Shown: in pieces, positions 35,296 to 48,629 of the stretch
Position numbering within the stretch: position 1 is the first letter of the stretch
Layout: the number at the start of each line of letters is the position of its first letter
The notes under the pieces: model-generated
What the model was told of the DNA's origin: nothing
Database searches by the model: none
The model's input: the letters and a program-made list of their open reading frames with translations, nothing else
Made by a program: the position numbers and the translations under genes
Source: Mobula hypostoma
Taxonomy: Eukaryota
Reading direction: 5' to 3'
Length of the DNA: 64,000 nucleotides
Assembly: GCF_963921235.1 (NCBI RefSeq)
Contig: NC_086108.1
Location: forward strand, 42,162,001 to 42,226,000

Positions 35296-38200
35296 AGGTA
35301 AATTACAGGTGGGAGTTAACAGCCTCTTTCAGATATTCCACTGCATGGAACTAGAGTTCAGGAGAGTAAAACCAGAGTTTGAAAATTTTAAAGCAGAAAT
35401 ATTCAGAGGTGTACACTTTAATTGCATTAATAGAGTTACGTAATATCTTTAAATCCAGGTAAAAGAATTATCCCAAGGCATTTCATAAGAGCTGTATCAA
35501 ACAAGCATATAATTCAGGAGAGCTATTAGAGCAGCTGAACAAAGCCTGGTGCAAGATATAAATTTTAATGAATGTCTTAAAGGATGAAACAGGTAAAGAA
35601 GCAGAATGATGTTGGAAGTGGGAGCTGGGGGTTCAAAGTTTTAAGAGCCTTGGCTGCTGAAGAAATATCTCCCACTAATACAGCTATCAGATTCTAGGAA
35701 ACACAATAATCCAGAATTGGAGGAGCATAGATACCTTGTGCTGTGATAAACCTAGGAGTTGTCAGTGTTCTTGTGAAAAGTTACCTGGTGTTTGGATGCT
35801 GGTGCAGCAAGCATTTGAAAATATAAGGGAGTCAAATAGGAAGTGAAGGTGTGAGCATGGGAAGTAATTCTCTGGTTATGACTGGATAGATAAGAATCGA
35901 ATGAGAGAACAAACCTATCCAGCATGGGTGAAAGTAGAGCAGTTTTTTTGGAGGATGGTGTGGGTGATGTGTTAAAAAGACTGCATACAGGTGCAGAGAG
36001 GGGTTATTGCTATATAAATCCATTGGATGTTATCAGCTCCTTTGATCAGAGCTGTACAGTAGCAGGGAAATTACCTGTTAACAAGTGGTTCAAACAGGAG
36101 CTCTTCAACATGAGTACAAGATTGGGACACTGTGGGATGTAGGTTACCCTCTGCTGAGTAAGTGAGACTGGAGCAACAAACAATCTGCTGCAAGATCTCA
36201 ACAGGTCAGATATTGTATTTGAGAGGAAAGAAATTATTAATGTTTTTTGTAGAAATGCTGAATTAGGACTGTTGCAGGATTTCAACCTGAAACCTGAAGT
36301 TCAAGTTTAATTATCATTCAACCATACGTGAATATCCAGGAATACAGCTAAATAAAATGGTGTCCTCTGGGGCCAAGGTGCAAGGCACAGTACCGACAGT
36401 CATACACTGCACTAGGCAGATATAAGGTAGCAGTAAACATACAGTCACACAAAAAAATATATAGCCAAGTTCCTGAGTGACATGTCCTGTAAATTGATGG
36501 TACGTGGTTGTTATCGGCAAGAACAAGCAGATCTCAGTGGTCTGCAGACGAATGTATGCATGCACACACTTAATCCAGCTTGTCTTCAACTGAGTGGACG
36601 TTGGAAGGCAGCAGTGATGGGAGAGGCCAGCTGCCAACTCAACATGCTATACCTCTGACATCTCCTCTTCTGGACTGTGCAACAGGCAAGACTGCGGCTT
36701 GAGTCCTAGTCCTTGTGACCGTCAAAGTCACGCAGCTCCTCCGCCATCGGTCTCACCAATAAACAAGGGGAACGGATTTGCAGTATTTTACATTACCAAG
36801 CAAATGCAAGAGAAACATCCAAGAAAATCACTTGCTGTTTGACTGCACATTGCCTTCGTGCACCAACTCCAGTGCCTTTCTGACGCAGGTAGTGAAACAG
36901 TCTGCTCCAAGTCCAGCTCCTCCGCCAATAAGCAGCTTGTCAATGGAGTAAAAGCTGCAGTACTTGAAGTTCTTAATGTCTGCACTGTCTCGTGATCATA
37001 AAAAAGACAGGAACACTTCTGGTTGGTTCTGAAGAGGCTGCTGCTTCCGACCGTGCCTCCATCTTGCACATCAATTCTTTTCCTCCATTAATGCTGCTCA
37101 TCCTGCTGAGTTTCTCCAGCAGATTGTTTGTTGACTCTGCTGAGTTATGCAGATCATGAGTTGTTTTTTCAAATGTTAGTGTGATGAATATGAAGTATTC
37201 AGCAAAGATAAATACCAAGAAACTTGCACTACTGGAAAGTCAAATGATTGACTTTAAGAGCAGTGAGTGTTTGGGTTCATTTGCTTGGCAATGTATTGAA
37301 GCCTTTTATAGACACTTTAGGTCAAGCTGTATGCAATGAAGGGAAAACTAAGAGGATGAAGCTAATTGGGCTACATAATCTTTCCTTTTCTGCGACCTCT
37401 AATACTGCTTGTCTGTACACCCAATCGCAACAAATGTGGTTTAGCCAAACTGATGGGGATAAACAGGAACAAACAGATAGATTTGCAATTTATTTTAAAA
37501 GATGTAAGTGACATCATTTAAATCTCAACATTGTAATTAATATATCCTGTGAATAATTGTTAAGAAGCCCTTTTCTACAGAACATTTTGTGTGAAAATGC
37601 TTTTAGTTTTTAGCAGCATATGATTTCACATTTTTTCAGTAATGAACAGAATATCTTAAAACATTGCCCATTTTTAATACACTGTAAGTAAAATTAAGTT
37701 GGAATAATATCTGATACATTGATCACATTTGTAACTTTTGTATTCATAGAAAAGAGAAAATAGCTCATCTGGAACAAATAGGGCAGTTTATAATGTGGTG
37801 TCATTGCAATTACTGGGTATTAGCAATTGTTTCTTGTCATAGTTAGTCCCGTTTGAATGCAATTTTATTCTTCCATTATGTTAAGCTTCTGTATAGTTGG
37901 TTTTGGCTAACTTTCAACCTTATTGTATTTCTACATAAGGTACTGTATTTATTTTAGTTTTCAAAGTTTGCTGATGGACTTCACTTTCCCAAGACAGATT
38001 TATAAAATTATTTATTCTGTTTCAAATAATTTTCAAACTCTAATGGGACTGAATTTTTCTATTCCTTATATTGGGCCTGAATCTACTGGGAAGGGTAGTA
38101 GTTCAGTTTAGAACTGCTTGCATTTCTCCACCCACTTCCCTTTCCCTCTCCCCATCCTCTTAAGTTTCGGGAAGTTCAAATCTCAGCTCAAGCACGAAAA

Positions 38201-39046
38201 TGCAGAGCTTGCTGGCTATTCTATACTGGGGCTTTAGCCAACTGCAATGCAGTGTGAGAGAGCTCAACTTCCTGCAATATCTGATAGTTACTGTGTGGAA
38301 TTTTCCTACTGAACTTGTGCCAGATTAGATTTGCCACAGGGAACATCAAGTCATTCATTATGATGCAGAGGGTAAGAATTTGGCTTGATAATTTCGTGGA
38401 TTAATTGAGTTTGTTTTCAATTGTTTAAGAGCATTATAAATATTTTAATTTGTATTTTTCTTAAACTGTTCAATAATTTAATTAAGTTTTAAATCAGCTT
38501 TCGATGCCCAGAATTTTCAGAAGCATTCATTATCTTCAACAGGTTTGGAAGTCGATTAAGCCTGAGTGTATGGTTACCTGGTGGTCTTACATTTGTTCTG
38601 GACTTCTTGTATGATGGCATTGGGTTGACTTATGTAGCATTTGACCCAGCAGTTCTGTAGAGGGTGCTGTTACTGAATGAAGTGCTTTAGGAAAATACCA
38701 TGTCCAAAGCAGAAGTGTGGAAGAGTTTCACCAAATAGAGTGGGAATTTGTTATTTTAGGAAAAAACTGGAATTATTTTCAAATTAATTGAAATGAGGAG
38801 ATTTGAAAAAGTCTTAAGTTTATAAATATTTTTGTCAGTAAATGTCAAAAAATTTCTTCTTCCCAGTGATTGTAAATGCTGGATGTTCTTGACATTTAAA
38901 ACTTTAAATAATTTAAATGGTTAAAGAGTTTTTAAGTAAAAAACACAGATCAAAACATTGTTGGATCAGAGAAAATAACATGCTTTCCAGCTTTTTTGAG
39001 TTCTTTACGCAAATAACTGATATATGTCTTTGTTTTTATTATTAAG

Positions 39047-39306
39047 ATCATGTACCAGAGGAACTTAGAGAGCCATTTTACACAGACCAGTATGAACAGG
39101 AACACATTAAGCCACCTGTTGTCAACCTGCTTCTTTCTGCTGAGTTGTATTGCCGTGCTGGGAGTCTGATCTTGAAAAGTGATGCTGCCAAACCACTACT
39201 AGGTCATGACGCAGTTGTACAGGCGCTTGCACAGAAGGGTCTTTATGTCACAGAGCAGGAGAAACTAGTGACAGAGAGAGATCTTCGCAAGAAACCTATT
39301 CAGATG
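39047..39306 (+). CDS. CAMSAP2: CAMSAP2 coding exon 2 (260 nt, not in the supplied ORF track)
   Basis: (D)HVPEELREPFYTDQYEQEHIKPPVVNLLLSAELYCRAGSLILKSDAAKPLLGHDAVVQALAQKGLYVTEQEKLVTERDLRKKPIQM. Acceptor ttattattaag with phase matching exon 1, donor gtgagt at 39307. Confidence 0.98.
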
Positions 39307-41439
39307 GTGAGTATTTGAAAGAGATCAAATTGACTTTGAGTTGTTATGACACAAGTGTACTTTTTTCTTATACTATTCGTTATCTAAATTTGTCTTCAGA
39401 ACTAAGATCTGTATGGAAAATGTTATACAGGATTTGAAGCTATGGCTTATTGTATTGCATGAAATTAGTTTATTCCATTTGGTTTTGTTTGTATTGTTGA
39501 ACAAAATGGATGATTTATTCATGTGCATGAAATTAGATTTATGTAGTTGTGGTTTTAAGATTCATGCAGAGGCAGAAAGGTTAAGGCAATGGAGATGCAC
39601 TTCAATTATGATGGTGCCAGTGAAAGAAACTGCATGTGGAAAAATAATTATTTTAACGCTTTTACTGACAAAGGGTTTTTGTTTTCAACCACATGAATGA
39701 ACCATATTGCTATACTCTATATTCCACCTGGTCCTCTACCTTTGGCAGAAACCCAGAGTTGAGGAAGGGCCTTCCAAAGCTTTAGGCTAATTCAGGAGAG
39801 AAGGTGGTAAAATAGTTTTGCCGTCCTTCATTCTTGTTTTAAGTTTCTTCATGGCTTAACCATCCTGTGATTTCTTCAGGCCCTCTCTTGCTTCAGGGTA
39901 TTTTATTTATGCAGTTCCGTTCACTTAAGTATCCTTAATTTTAATCACTTCATGTGGGAGCTGTGCCTTCAGCTGCCAGGGCCCAATTCAGATGCCCTAT
40001 ACTATGATCCTTAAAATGTATCAATCTCCAATCTGCCCCAAGTGGATTGGAATCAAATTCTGCTTGATAACAGTCTTGACAAATGGCTCAAGATGTGCAA
40101 TTACATTCAAGATGTTGCACCATGCTTTTATTAACACCTATGAAACTGATAGTTGCATGCTAGAGATGTAAATTCCCTATTCAGCAGAACTCAGTCTGGG
40201 TTCTGTTTGGAGATCCAGAGATTTCAGTTTAGCCTTGATTCAATTGTAAATGAAAGAATTCACTTCCGAGGTGATGTAACAGTAAGGCCGTAAGGTGTTA
40301 AGGACTCCTAAAAATAAAGTCAGTGTATTAAAGGATGATATCTGGGTGTGGGAGTGTTTTTGTTCAAAGTCAGTCATTTCAGCCCAAGATGTTTTTAAAA
40401 CAGTATCCCAGGCCCAATTATCATCAGTTGCTTCATCAACTCTTTTAACATAAGGTCAGACCATTTTAAGCTCCCCCCCATAATGAAATCTAGCGAGATC
40501 TGGATAAGTTTCAGGCTTGGGCAATAAATGAAAAGACATTGTTACAAAAGAATTAGACGTGACTATTTAAATAATCATCTCCAACAGTGTTCAGTAACAT
40601 AATCACCACCAAGTCTTCCATTATTAGCCTTCAGGTGCCATCATTTAATTAAAATTTAGCCATTGGACTGCAGATGTAACTGAACTTGAACTTCTACAAA
40701 TCAAACTGAAAATAGTTGAAAGTTTCATTTATTTCTTTTATACACAATATTTATAAATAAATGCATTACAAGATGTTATTTGGTTTATAATATGTTTTAT
40801 ATACACCTATTTTGTGGTGTATTGATTCTTTGTGAATGCCTCTGTGAATCAAGCCTCCTTTGTCAGAAGTGTCATATAGCAATAGAAGATTCATACACTT
40901 TTACAATATTTGTGTTTGTGAAATTGTTTTCTGGTTTGTGAAATAATGAGGTTGCATTTGGCTTATGATATGGTAACATTGAGTGTACTAGGAAGGAATG
41001 GATCATGAAAGATTCATCTCCTGAAACATAAAGGGATTAACATTTTATTTGCTGGATTGATTTTTGTTGTCTGTGACTAGAATATACCCCAAATAGAAAG
41101 CAATTTTGTCTTGCCATTGTTTCATGGATTCTTATTGATTCTTTCATTCAACAGAATTAAAGACTTGAGCACAAAAATCAAGTCAGGCACAGCTTAATTC
41201 AATCAAATGATATTCTTTTCTATGCCACTTTAACTAAAATGCCGAAACCGATGTTAAAATAGGGAACAACATCTTATATAAGTGAATTGTTATCTGTTAA
41301 CTTAGCAAACAGTAATTTCTGTAACTTCATAGAGCCAACACACTAGAGGTGAAGCCGATTAAATCCATGAAGATTGTTAATAATAGTGGTCCACTTTATA
41401 CCTTTCTCTTCCTTTTTGTATACCTTTCAAGTGCTATTT

Positions 41440-44400
41440 TAAGAATATAATTGAATCTGCTTTCACCCATATTTGTCTTATCCCGTGGCGTCGGGTCTCA
41501 GCAGTAGTTATAGGTGACCAAACACAGCATTGGTGACAAGGTGTTGTTTTGTATTGACGTGACAATTTCAGAAGACTTGCATGCAATTCTGCAACAGCAG
41601 CAAGCTCAATTTGAGGCTGCCCAGCTGGAGGAATTGAAACCCTGACCATTCTGTTATCGGTGAGTCCAACAACATCGGTGTCTAACACTGAGCAGAACTT
41701 GTGTGAGTCAGTGATGCATCCATGACCAATTTCCAGTTTGATGCTGCATTGGGAGTTATGTTTGAATCATGGTTCAAACATTACGAAGATATATTCCAGG
41801 TCGAATTTGGCAATAAAGATGGCTCATGGAAGACACACACTTTACTCCGAAAACTGGGTATTGCTGGACATGAGCATTATTTCAAATTCATTCTAGCTGG
41901 GAAACCGCCTAACCTTTCATTTGGCGAAACTGTCCAATAACTCAGAAGCATTTTTGGAGAGCGGTCGTCTCTCTTCAGTGTTCACTACCACTGCCTGAAA
42001 CTCATCAAAAAAGATAGTGATGACTTCATCACAGATGTGTACTGGTGCCATCAATCACAAATGTGAAAAGTTCAAGCTGGGTAACATGATGGAATTACAG
42101 TTTAAGTGTCTGATTGTTTTCTTTGTGTGGACTTCAGGCACCTGGTGATGCAGAAATATGCAAGTCCCTGATATGTCTCTGCAAGCTGATACTCAGGAAT
42201 GTCAGCATTCGATCAACTTGAAGCAAGATTCCAACCTGGTCGAACAGAATCATGTCAATGCTGATTCCGATGATCCAGACATCATCACTCAGCAGGTCTC
42301 CAAGCGGACAAACACAGCTTGTTGGAATTGCAGTTCATGGCATTTTTCAGGAAGCAGCCAATACAAGAAGCATTTTTACAGCAAATGCCGATGGTTACCA
42401 AGAAGGCTTTTGCCATCCTTCACTGTCTTCTAGGTCAGTGAAACACAAGGACAAGAAATTTTAAAAGCCATCAAAATCTACAAGGAATTTAATGGTCACA
42501 ATCAGAGTTGACTTAATCCCCCCAGGAGAAGTTACATCAACTATTTATCAACAGTTAATTGGTCAAGCTACAACCTGATATAGTGTCAGACATCACCATT
42601 ATTTCCAAACGCACGTGTTGGGCAGTAGGGTCCCCACCAGTCAAATCAGAATCAGGTTTATTATCACTGGCATGTGACATGAAATTTGTTAACTTAGCAG
42701 CTGCAGTTCAATGCAATACATAATCTAGCAGAAATAGAGGAAAAAATAATAATAAATAAAATAAAACAATAAATAAACAAGTAAATCAACTATGTATATT
42801 GAATAGATTATTAAAAAAATGTGCAAAAACAGAAATACTGTATATTAAAAAAAGTGAGGTAGTGTCCAAAGCTTCAAAGTCCATTTAGGAATCGGGTGGC
42901 AGAGGGAAAGAAGCTGTTCCTGAATCACTGAGTGTGTGCCTTCAGGCTTCTGTATCTCCTACCTCATGGTAACAGTGAGAAAAGTGTATGCCCTGGGTGC
43001 TAGAGGTCTTTAATAATGGACGCTGCCTTTCTGAGACATCACTTCCTAAGGATGTCCTGGGTACGTTGCAGGCTAGTACCCAAGATGGAGCTGACTAGAT
43101 TTACAATTTTCTGCAACTTCTTTCCGTCCTGTGCAGTAGCCCCTCAATACCAGACAGTAATACAGCCTGTCAGAATGCTCTCCATGGTGCAACTATAGAA
43201 GTTTGTGATTAACTCATCACACCACCTACAATGCATCAGTGGAACACTCCAGCTGATTGGCCAGTTGCATTGTATGGTGAAGCTGAAGAGTAACCAAGTC
43301 AATGGTGTGTGTTACCTAATGGACCAGCCAGATCTGAATGTCCTTGGTATTGACTGGATGGACAAGTTTGATCCCTGGAGCATTATTCTGGATGAGGTCT
43401 GTACGAAGATATTGGTCATTTAGATCATGTCATTCAATGCCGTGCTACCATCAATACGTGAGACAGTACAACAATTACAACAGCACTATGCAGCAGTGTT
43501 TCAAGAAGGTTTTGATTGCTGTACCAAACTGCAAGCAGAACTCCAAGTCTGTTCAGACACAAAGCCAATCTTCTGTCCCAAAAGACCAGTACCATATGCA
43601 GCCTTACCAATCATGGTGCACGAGCTGGACCGCCTGCAACAAGCTGGTGTGATCAAAGCTGTCAGCTACTCATGTTGGGCAGCTCCAATAGTTATTATAA
43701 AGAAAGCCAACAGTACGGTGAGGTTGTGTGCAGGCTTCTCAACTGGTCCTAGTGTGGCTCTGGAGACACAGCAGTACCCATTACTGGTGCTGGCAGATGT
43801 CTTTGCCAAACTGAATGGTGGTGGCTATTTTGTGAAGTTGGACTTGGCTGAAGCCTACCTCCAGGTAGAAGTGGGGAAAATTCACAGGAGCTTCTCACCA
43901 TTACAAGACATAATTGGTGTATTTAATCCTCCTTTTGCCTTTTTGGGTAAGGCCAGCTCCTTCAATTTTCAAACAGCTTATGGACAGTGTTGCTGCTGAC
44001 CTCCACAATTTCATTGTGGGGGGCACGGATCAGGCAGATCTAAGCAATGCCTGGACTACACTTTGAACAAACTGCAAAAGTTTGGATTGTGTCTTCAGGC
44101 AGAAAAATGCAGCCTCCTGATGTCTTCAATCAAGTACCTGGATTCAAGTACCCGGTCATCACCCAGAACCCGAAAACATCCCTGCTATCTTAAAGATGTC
44201 TCCACCATCAGATGTCAGCACTTTATGATCATTTTTGAACACCATCAGCCATTATTCAGCATTTCTCCCAGCAATGCACCAGCCATGTGGAAATTGTCCA
44301 TACAATGCCAAGAGTCTTTTGATCAGGTGACGAATATGCTGTCATCCAACCTTTTGGTGCATTTTAACCCAGAGTTGTCAATCGTTGTCAGGACAGATGC

Positions 44401-46122
44401 ATCCAGCTACAGGGTGGGAGCTGTCATATCCCGTATCTTTCCTGATGGTTCCAATAAAACTGTTATGCATGCAGCCAGATCACTGACTACAGCAGAAAGG
44501 AACTATGGACAAATTGAGGGGGATGCCTTGGGAATCATCTTTGCTCTGAAGAACTTTCAAAAGATGTTTTATGGCAGACACTTCATTCTGTTTACTGATC
44601 ACAAGCTACTGTTGTCCATTTTCGGGTCTAAGAAAGACATCCTTCTGTATTCAGTTAACCATTTGCAAGGGTGGGCAATGATGGAATTGGCCTAAAGTGT
44701 TGAAATCAAGTACACATCAACCCAGGAACTTGGTCAGGCAGCTGCCCTCTCCAGACTTACAAATCAGCATAAAAACCCTGGCAAGAAGCTTTGTGTACTA
44801 CCTGGGTGTAGATGAAGATATCACAGCCATATGCAATCGGTGTACTTAGTGCTCTATGGCAGCAAAGAATCCAAGTAGAACCACTCCACAGCCATGGCGT
44901 CAAGCTACCAGATCTTGGAATTGAGTACATATTGCCTCCATTGGTCCAATCGTGGGTCTACCTACCTTGTCCTGGTTGACACCTATTCCGAATGGCCAGA
45001 AATATTATCTATGGTCAACATTGACAGAGGCTACCTTTCAACAGCTGCTGCAGATCTTCAGTTGCTTTGGGAGGTCAGAAACACTTGTTTCTGCCAATGG
45101 CACTCAATTCAATTCACAGCAGTTTGCTGCATTCTGCTAGAATAGTGGGATTATCCGCATTCACTCACCCCCATATCATCCACAGTCCATAGGCCAAGCA
45201 GAGAGGTTTGTAGATACCTTCAAACTGTCGCTTCCAAAATCAAGAGGGGAAGGCTGTCAACATATTTCTGCCGACATATTGAATTACACTGCATACAGGC
45301 CTCGAGGGGAAGTCAGCAGCTGAAGCACTTTTGGGAAGAAAACTGCACACAGTGTTGGATGCAGTGCTACCACAGCATCCAACATCTGAGGCAGCAGGTG
45401 GTCAGGTGCATAAAGGTGGCCACACAGACCTTGGTCAACGGGAGAAGTCATTCAAGCCTGGAGCTGCAGCATGAGTCAGACAGTATCGCAATGGGCAACA
45501 CTCCTGGGTACCAGGTCAGATTGGCAAATGAACGGGGAAAGTGCTCTACGAAGTTATCGTAGACAGATATCGGTGGCATTGCCACATCAACCAGTTGTAA
45601 CCACTGGTGCCGAAGGCACAACAAGTTTTTCAGACATATCATCAAACACAGAGCTGGACCTTCATCTACTGCAGGAAGGGTTTGATTTACCCCAGCTGAA
45701 CTGATCACCAGCCACAGCACAGTCGCAAGCAACATTGCAACAAGAAAGTGACAACCTGCAACTACTAAGAAGATCTGATCACTAGCATAAGCCGGTTGTT
45801 CCTATCCATTTTATCCCTCAGCTCAAATCCTACAGGTAATCGTCTTCAAGAGGGTGGTGTTAGGGTGAGCCAGATCAACTAACACCTATTGGTCAGAGAC
45901 AACCAATCTCAGACTGACTTTCACCGATTGGTTATTGTTCGTATCAACATTTTGAATGCTCTTGGGTAAACCATTTAAATAGTCGCGCTTTGGAATATAC
46001 TGTTGAGTTCTGGGTTTTGAGATTTTTGTGGCTTTACTGAATAAAGGTTATTTCATGTTCCGGCTTTGTTCTGTTATCTAGCTTCAGGTCTCATAAGTTG
46101 TTATAGGAAAGTGAACACAACA
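41440..46122 (+). mobile_element. Decayed Ty3/gypsy LTR retrotransposon, Mag/K02A2.6-like
   Basis: 5' LTR end at 41529 followed by PBS-like ttggtgacaagg. Gag (ILQQQQAQFEAAQL, FESWFKHYEDIF...LLRKLG), RT (WAAPIV, KLDLAEAYLQ), RNase H (TDASSYRVGAV, FTDHKLL), integrase (LVLVDTYSEWPE, SPPYHPQS). PPT aagagggtgg, then 3' LTR 45858-46122 (TGTT...AACA, AATAAA at 46040). The 5' boundary is approximate. Confidence 0.9.
42643..43205 (-). mobile_element. LINE 3' fragment inserted in the gypsy protease region
   Basis: Begins aatcagaatcaggtttattatcactggcatgtgacatgaaatttgtt, a tail shared with copies at about 9132 and 49373. Confidence 0.75.
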
Positions 46123-47851
46123 TATAATTAGTTTTGTTAGCATAGATTCATTTGCTGTCTGTGAATACAGGTACTCATGAGGGTGACCTCATGCCTTACC
46201 TCAAGCATTTTTTGAATGACCTTTTATCTTTATGCATGTCCATGTTGAGAAGCCAACCTTGCCTATTTAAACTGATCAGTTTCCAGGCCACTTGTCAAAT
46301 GCACTGTCTTGGTTTTCACATCAGCGCCTTGTGATTCCAAAGCTGTTCACTCAATGTGTCAGTTCATTCGTTCGAAGTATTTGTTAGCCAATATCATTTC
46401 CTTTTAAGTATTTAAACATGTATGCGTAAAAGTACCTGTTAATGTTTTTAAAACATTAGTCATATTTTTATTTAATTGGGCAGAATATCGGTTACAAAAG
46501 AGATCTTTTGTATTTCATGGGTACTCCATGCCTTTATCCCTCATGGACAATGTACTGAGGCCAGCTGCCTTATTCCGTGAGATTGCCTCTAAATATTATG
46601 TACACTTTGTGAATAGCTGATAAGTATCAAAGTGTTCAAGTGGAACTGTGCTTTACATATAATGTGAGGCTGAGACAGTGTTACTAATGGTGAACCTATT
46701 CATTAGTAGCAAATGCAATGGAAATCAAAAATGGGGAATAAAGGACTATTGAAGCCAATTAAAAAGCAACTGATACAAATCAAGTGAATAAATACTTGAA
46801 GGGAAAATAAAACAGCATGAACTGGTTGGACAGCTTTACCAAGGAACCGGCAGAAATATCATTTGAGAACCTGAAGCAAGAAAATGTGCTTTGCACATTT
46901 TTAAAATTAAAGTCATCCTTGCAAGCATTCCTGGCCTGAAGCTGGAATGTGGCATTGTTTTCACTTGTAATGCAAACTGCTGATTGAGCTGTTTGAATGA
47001 ACTGATTTATGGCTGCCGTGCATACATACCATGGATCATAAATGTGCAATAAAACCTTTTTTTTCCCAAAGCATTTTAGGTTAAAGGTAACTGATCAGGG
47101 TGCTGGGGTTGGAAAGGTGAATCGTGTCTGGTTAAACCATTGGCAGCTGGTAAAATATTCATTCTTGGGAATTGGGCAGCCCCAGGAGAGGCAGCATTCA
47201 CTTTCCATCCCTCATCACAGTCTGTGTGCCGCAGCACTTCTGATGAACAGGAGCATGAATGACTTTGAGGAAGAGATTAAAAGACTTTCGTGCCCCTTGC
47301 TTTTCTAAATAGAAGAGGTCGTGAACTTGAAAGGTGTCTTGGCTGTCTTCTGCTGTGCATCCCATGGGGGGAGAAAATTGGTATTTTTCAGAGAAAGCAC
47401 ACGTTTTTTATCATTCTTGGGATAAGGCGTCAAAAGGTGGTTGAGTTTTCTTCTTGATCTGTTGCAGTCCATGTGGTGAGGATGTTCTGAGAATACTATG
47501 GGTAGGTAACCTTAAGGTATTGGTGTAGTAACATAGAAGGACGACTGTTACGTGTCTTCTGATTAACATGAAGATGATTACAGTATGACATTCGGCCAAC
47601 ACATTTTGAAACAACACCACAGCAGCCATTCAGCCCATTGGGATTTGCTGGCTGCTTGGCAGAGCTGTCCAGTTGGATCCATGATGTTTTGTTCCCCCAT
47701 CAGGGAGTTATCCAATTCACTTGTCTTGGTTATTTTTGAATTAACTTTAGCAGTCGTTTGTTTCTTACTTTAGACCTATTGTGTCTGCTACTTTATCAAG
47801 AGTCTTGTATCCTTGAGCATCTTTTCTTGTTTGCACCCTACGTTTTTAATA

Positions 47852-48629
47852 CAGTCGATTCTGGTTAATTGAGACACATCGGGACCAGTATATTTTGGCC
47901 CAATTAAGCAGTTGCCTCAATTAGCCAGTTTCATGGAAATAGTTAAAAGGGTATAAAACAAACAGGGTAACAAATTATGTATTTATAAAAACTTGGTTCG
48001 TTCCTAATAATTATCAATAGAGGAATTCATTCAGTGTACACTACCGCGGTTCTTTTGATTGACTATAAATGAACAAAAGCAGTGCAGACACCCAGTACAG
48101 ATGATGGATTGCCTTCATACAATGCCTTCAATGATTGCATCCTCCAAATCTTCTTCATTTTCATCGTAACATTCAAATTGATTGTCGATACCTTTAAGTT
48201 CTTAATAGTTCCGAACTTGATGAAATGGTGAAATCGTTTCATTTTCACTCCTGGCCTTTTTTAACTTTTCCAAACCTGAATGCTTGAAACCGCAATGAGA
48301 AAAACAGTTCTGATTTGTCTCGCTGCTTATTTCGTGCCAATTATGAGACAGAAGTCACTGATTTTTGAACAGAATTACACACAACTGATGCTATTTAACA
48401 ACTGTTTGCTCGAGCACCGTGTAGTGTCTAATGGTCACAGAAGTGCACATGACTGACACTAGATAGAAACTGTAGAGCAAATGTGCCCTGCCCTAATTAA
48501 GTGGAACGATGTCCCAAATAAAGGAAGGGTATCCGGGTAATTTTTTCGCTTAGCTTTTGTTCTCAAAGAGTTGTCATAAATATTCAGCTACCCTGATTAA
48601 CTGATAGCCTAGTTAACCAGAATCCGCTG
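47852..48629. mobile_element. Tigger-like MITE (second, interrupted copy at about 49484-50442)
   Basis: Imperfect TIRs cagtcgattctggttaat / gttaaccagaatccgctg after a TA. Both copies share gagacacatc.ggaccagta.attttggcccaatta. Confidence 0.75.

Noticed and set aside
38340..38377. Possible alternative CAMSAP2 exon ending ATGATGCAGAGG|gtaaga
   Set aside because: The ATG frame ends in phase 0 while exon 2 needs phase 1, and there is no other support.
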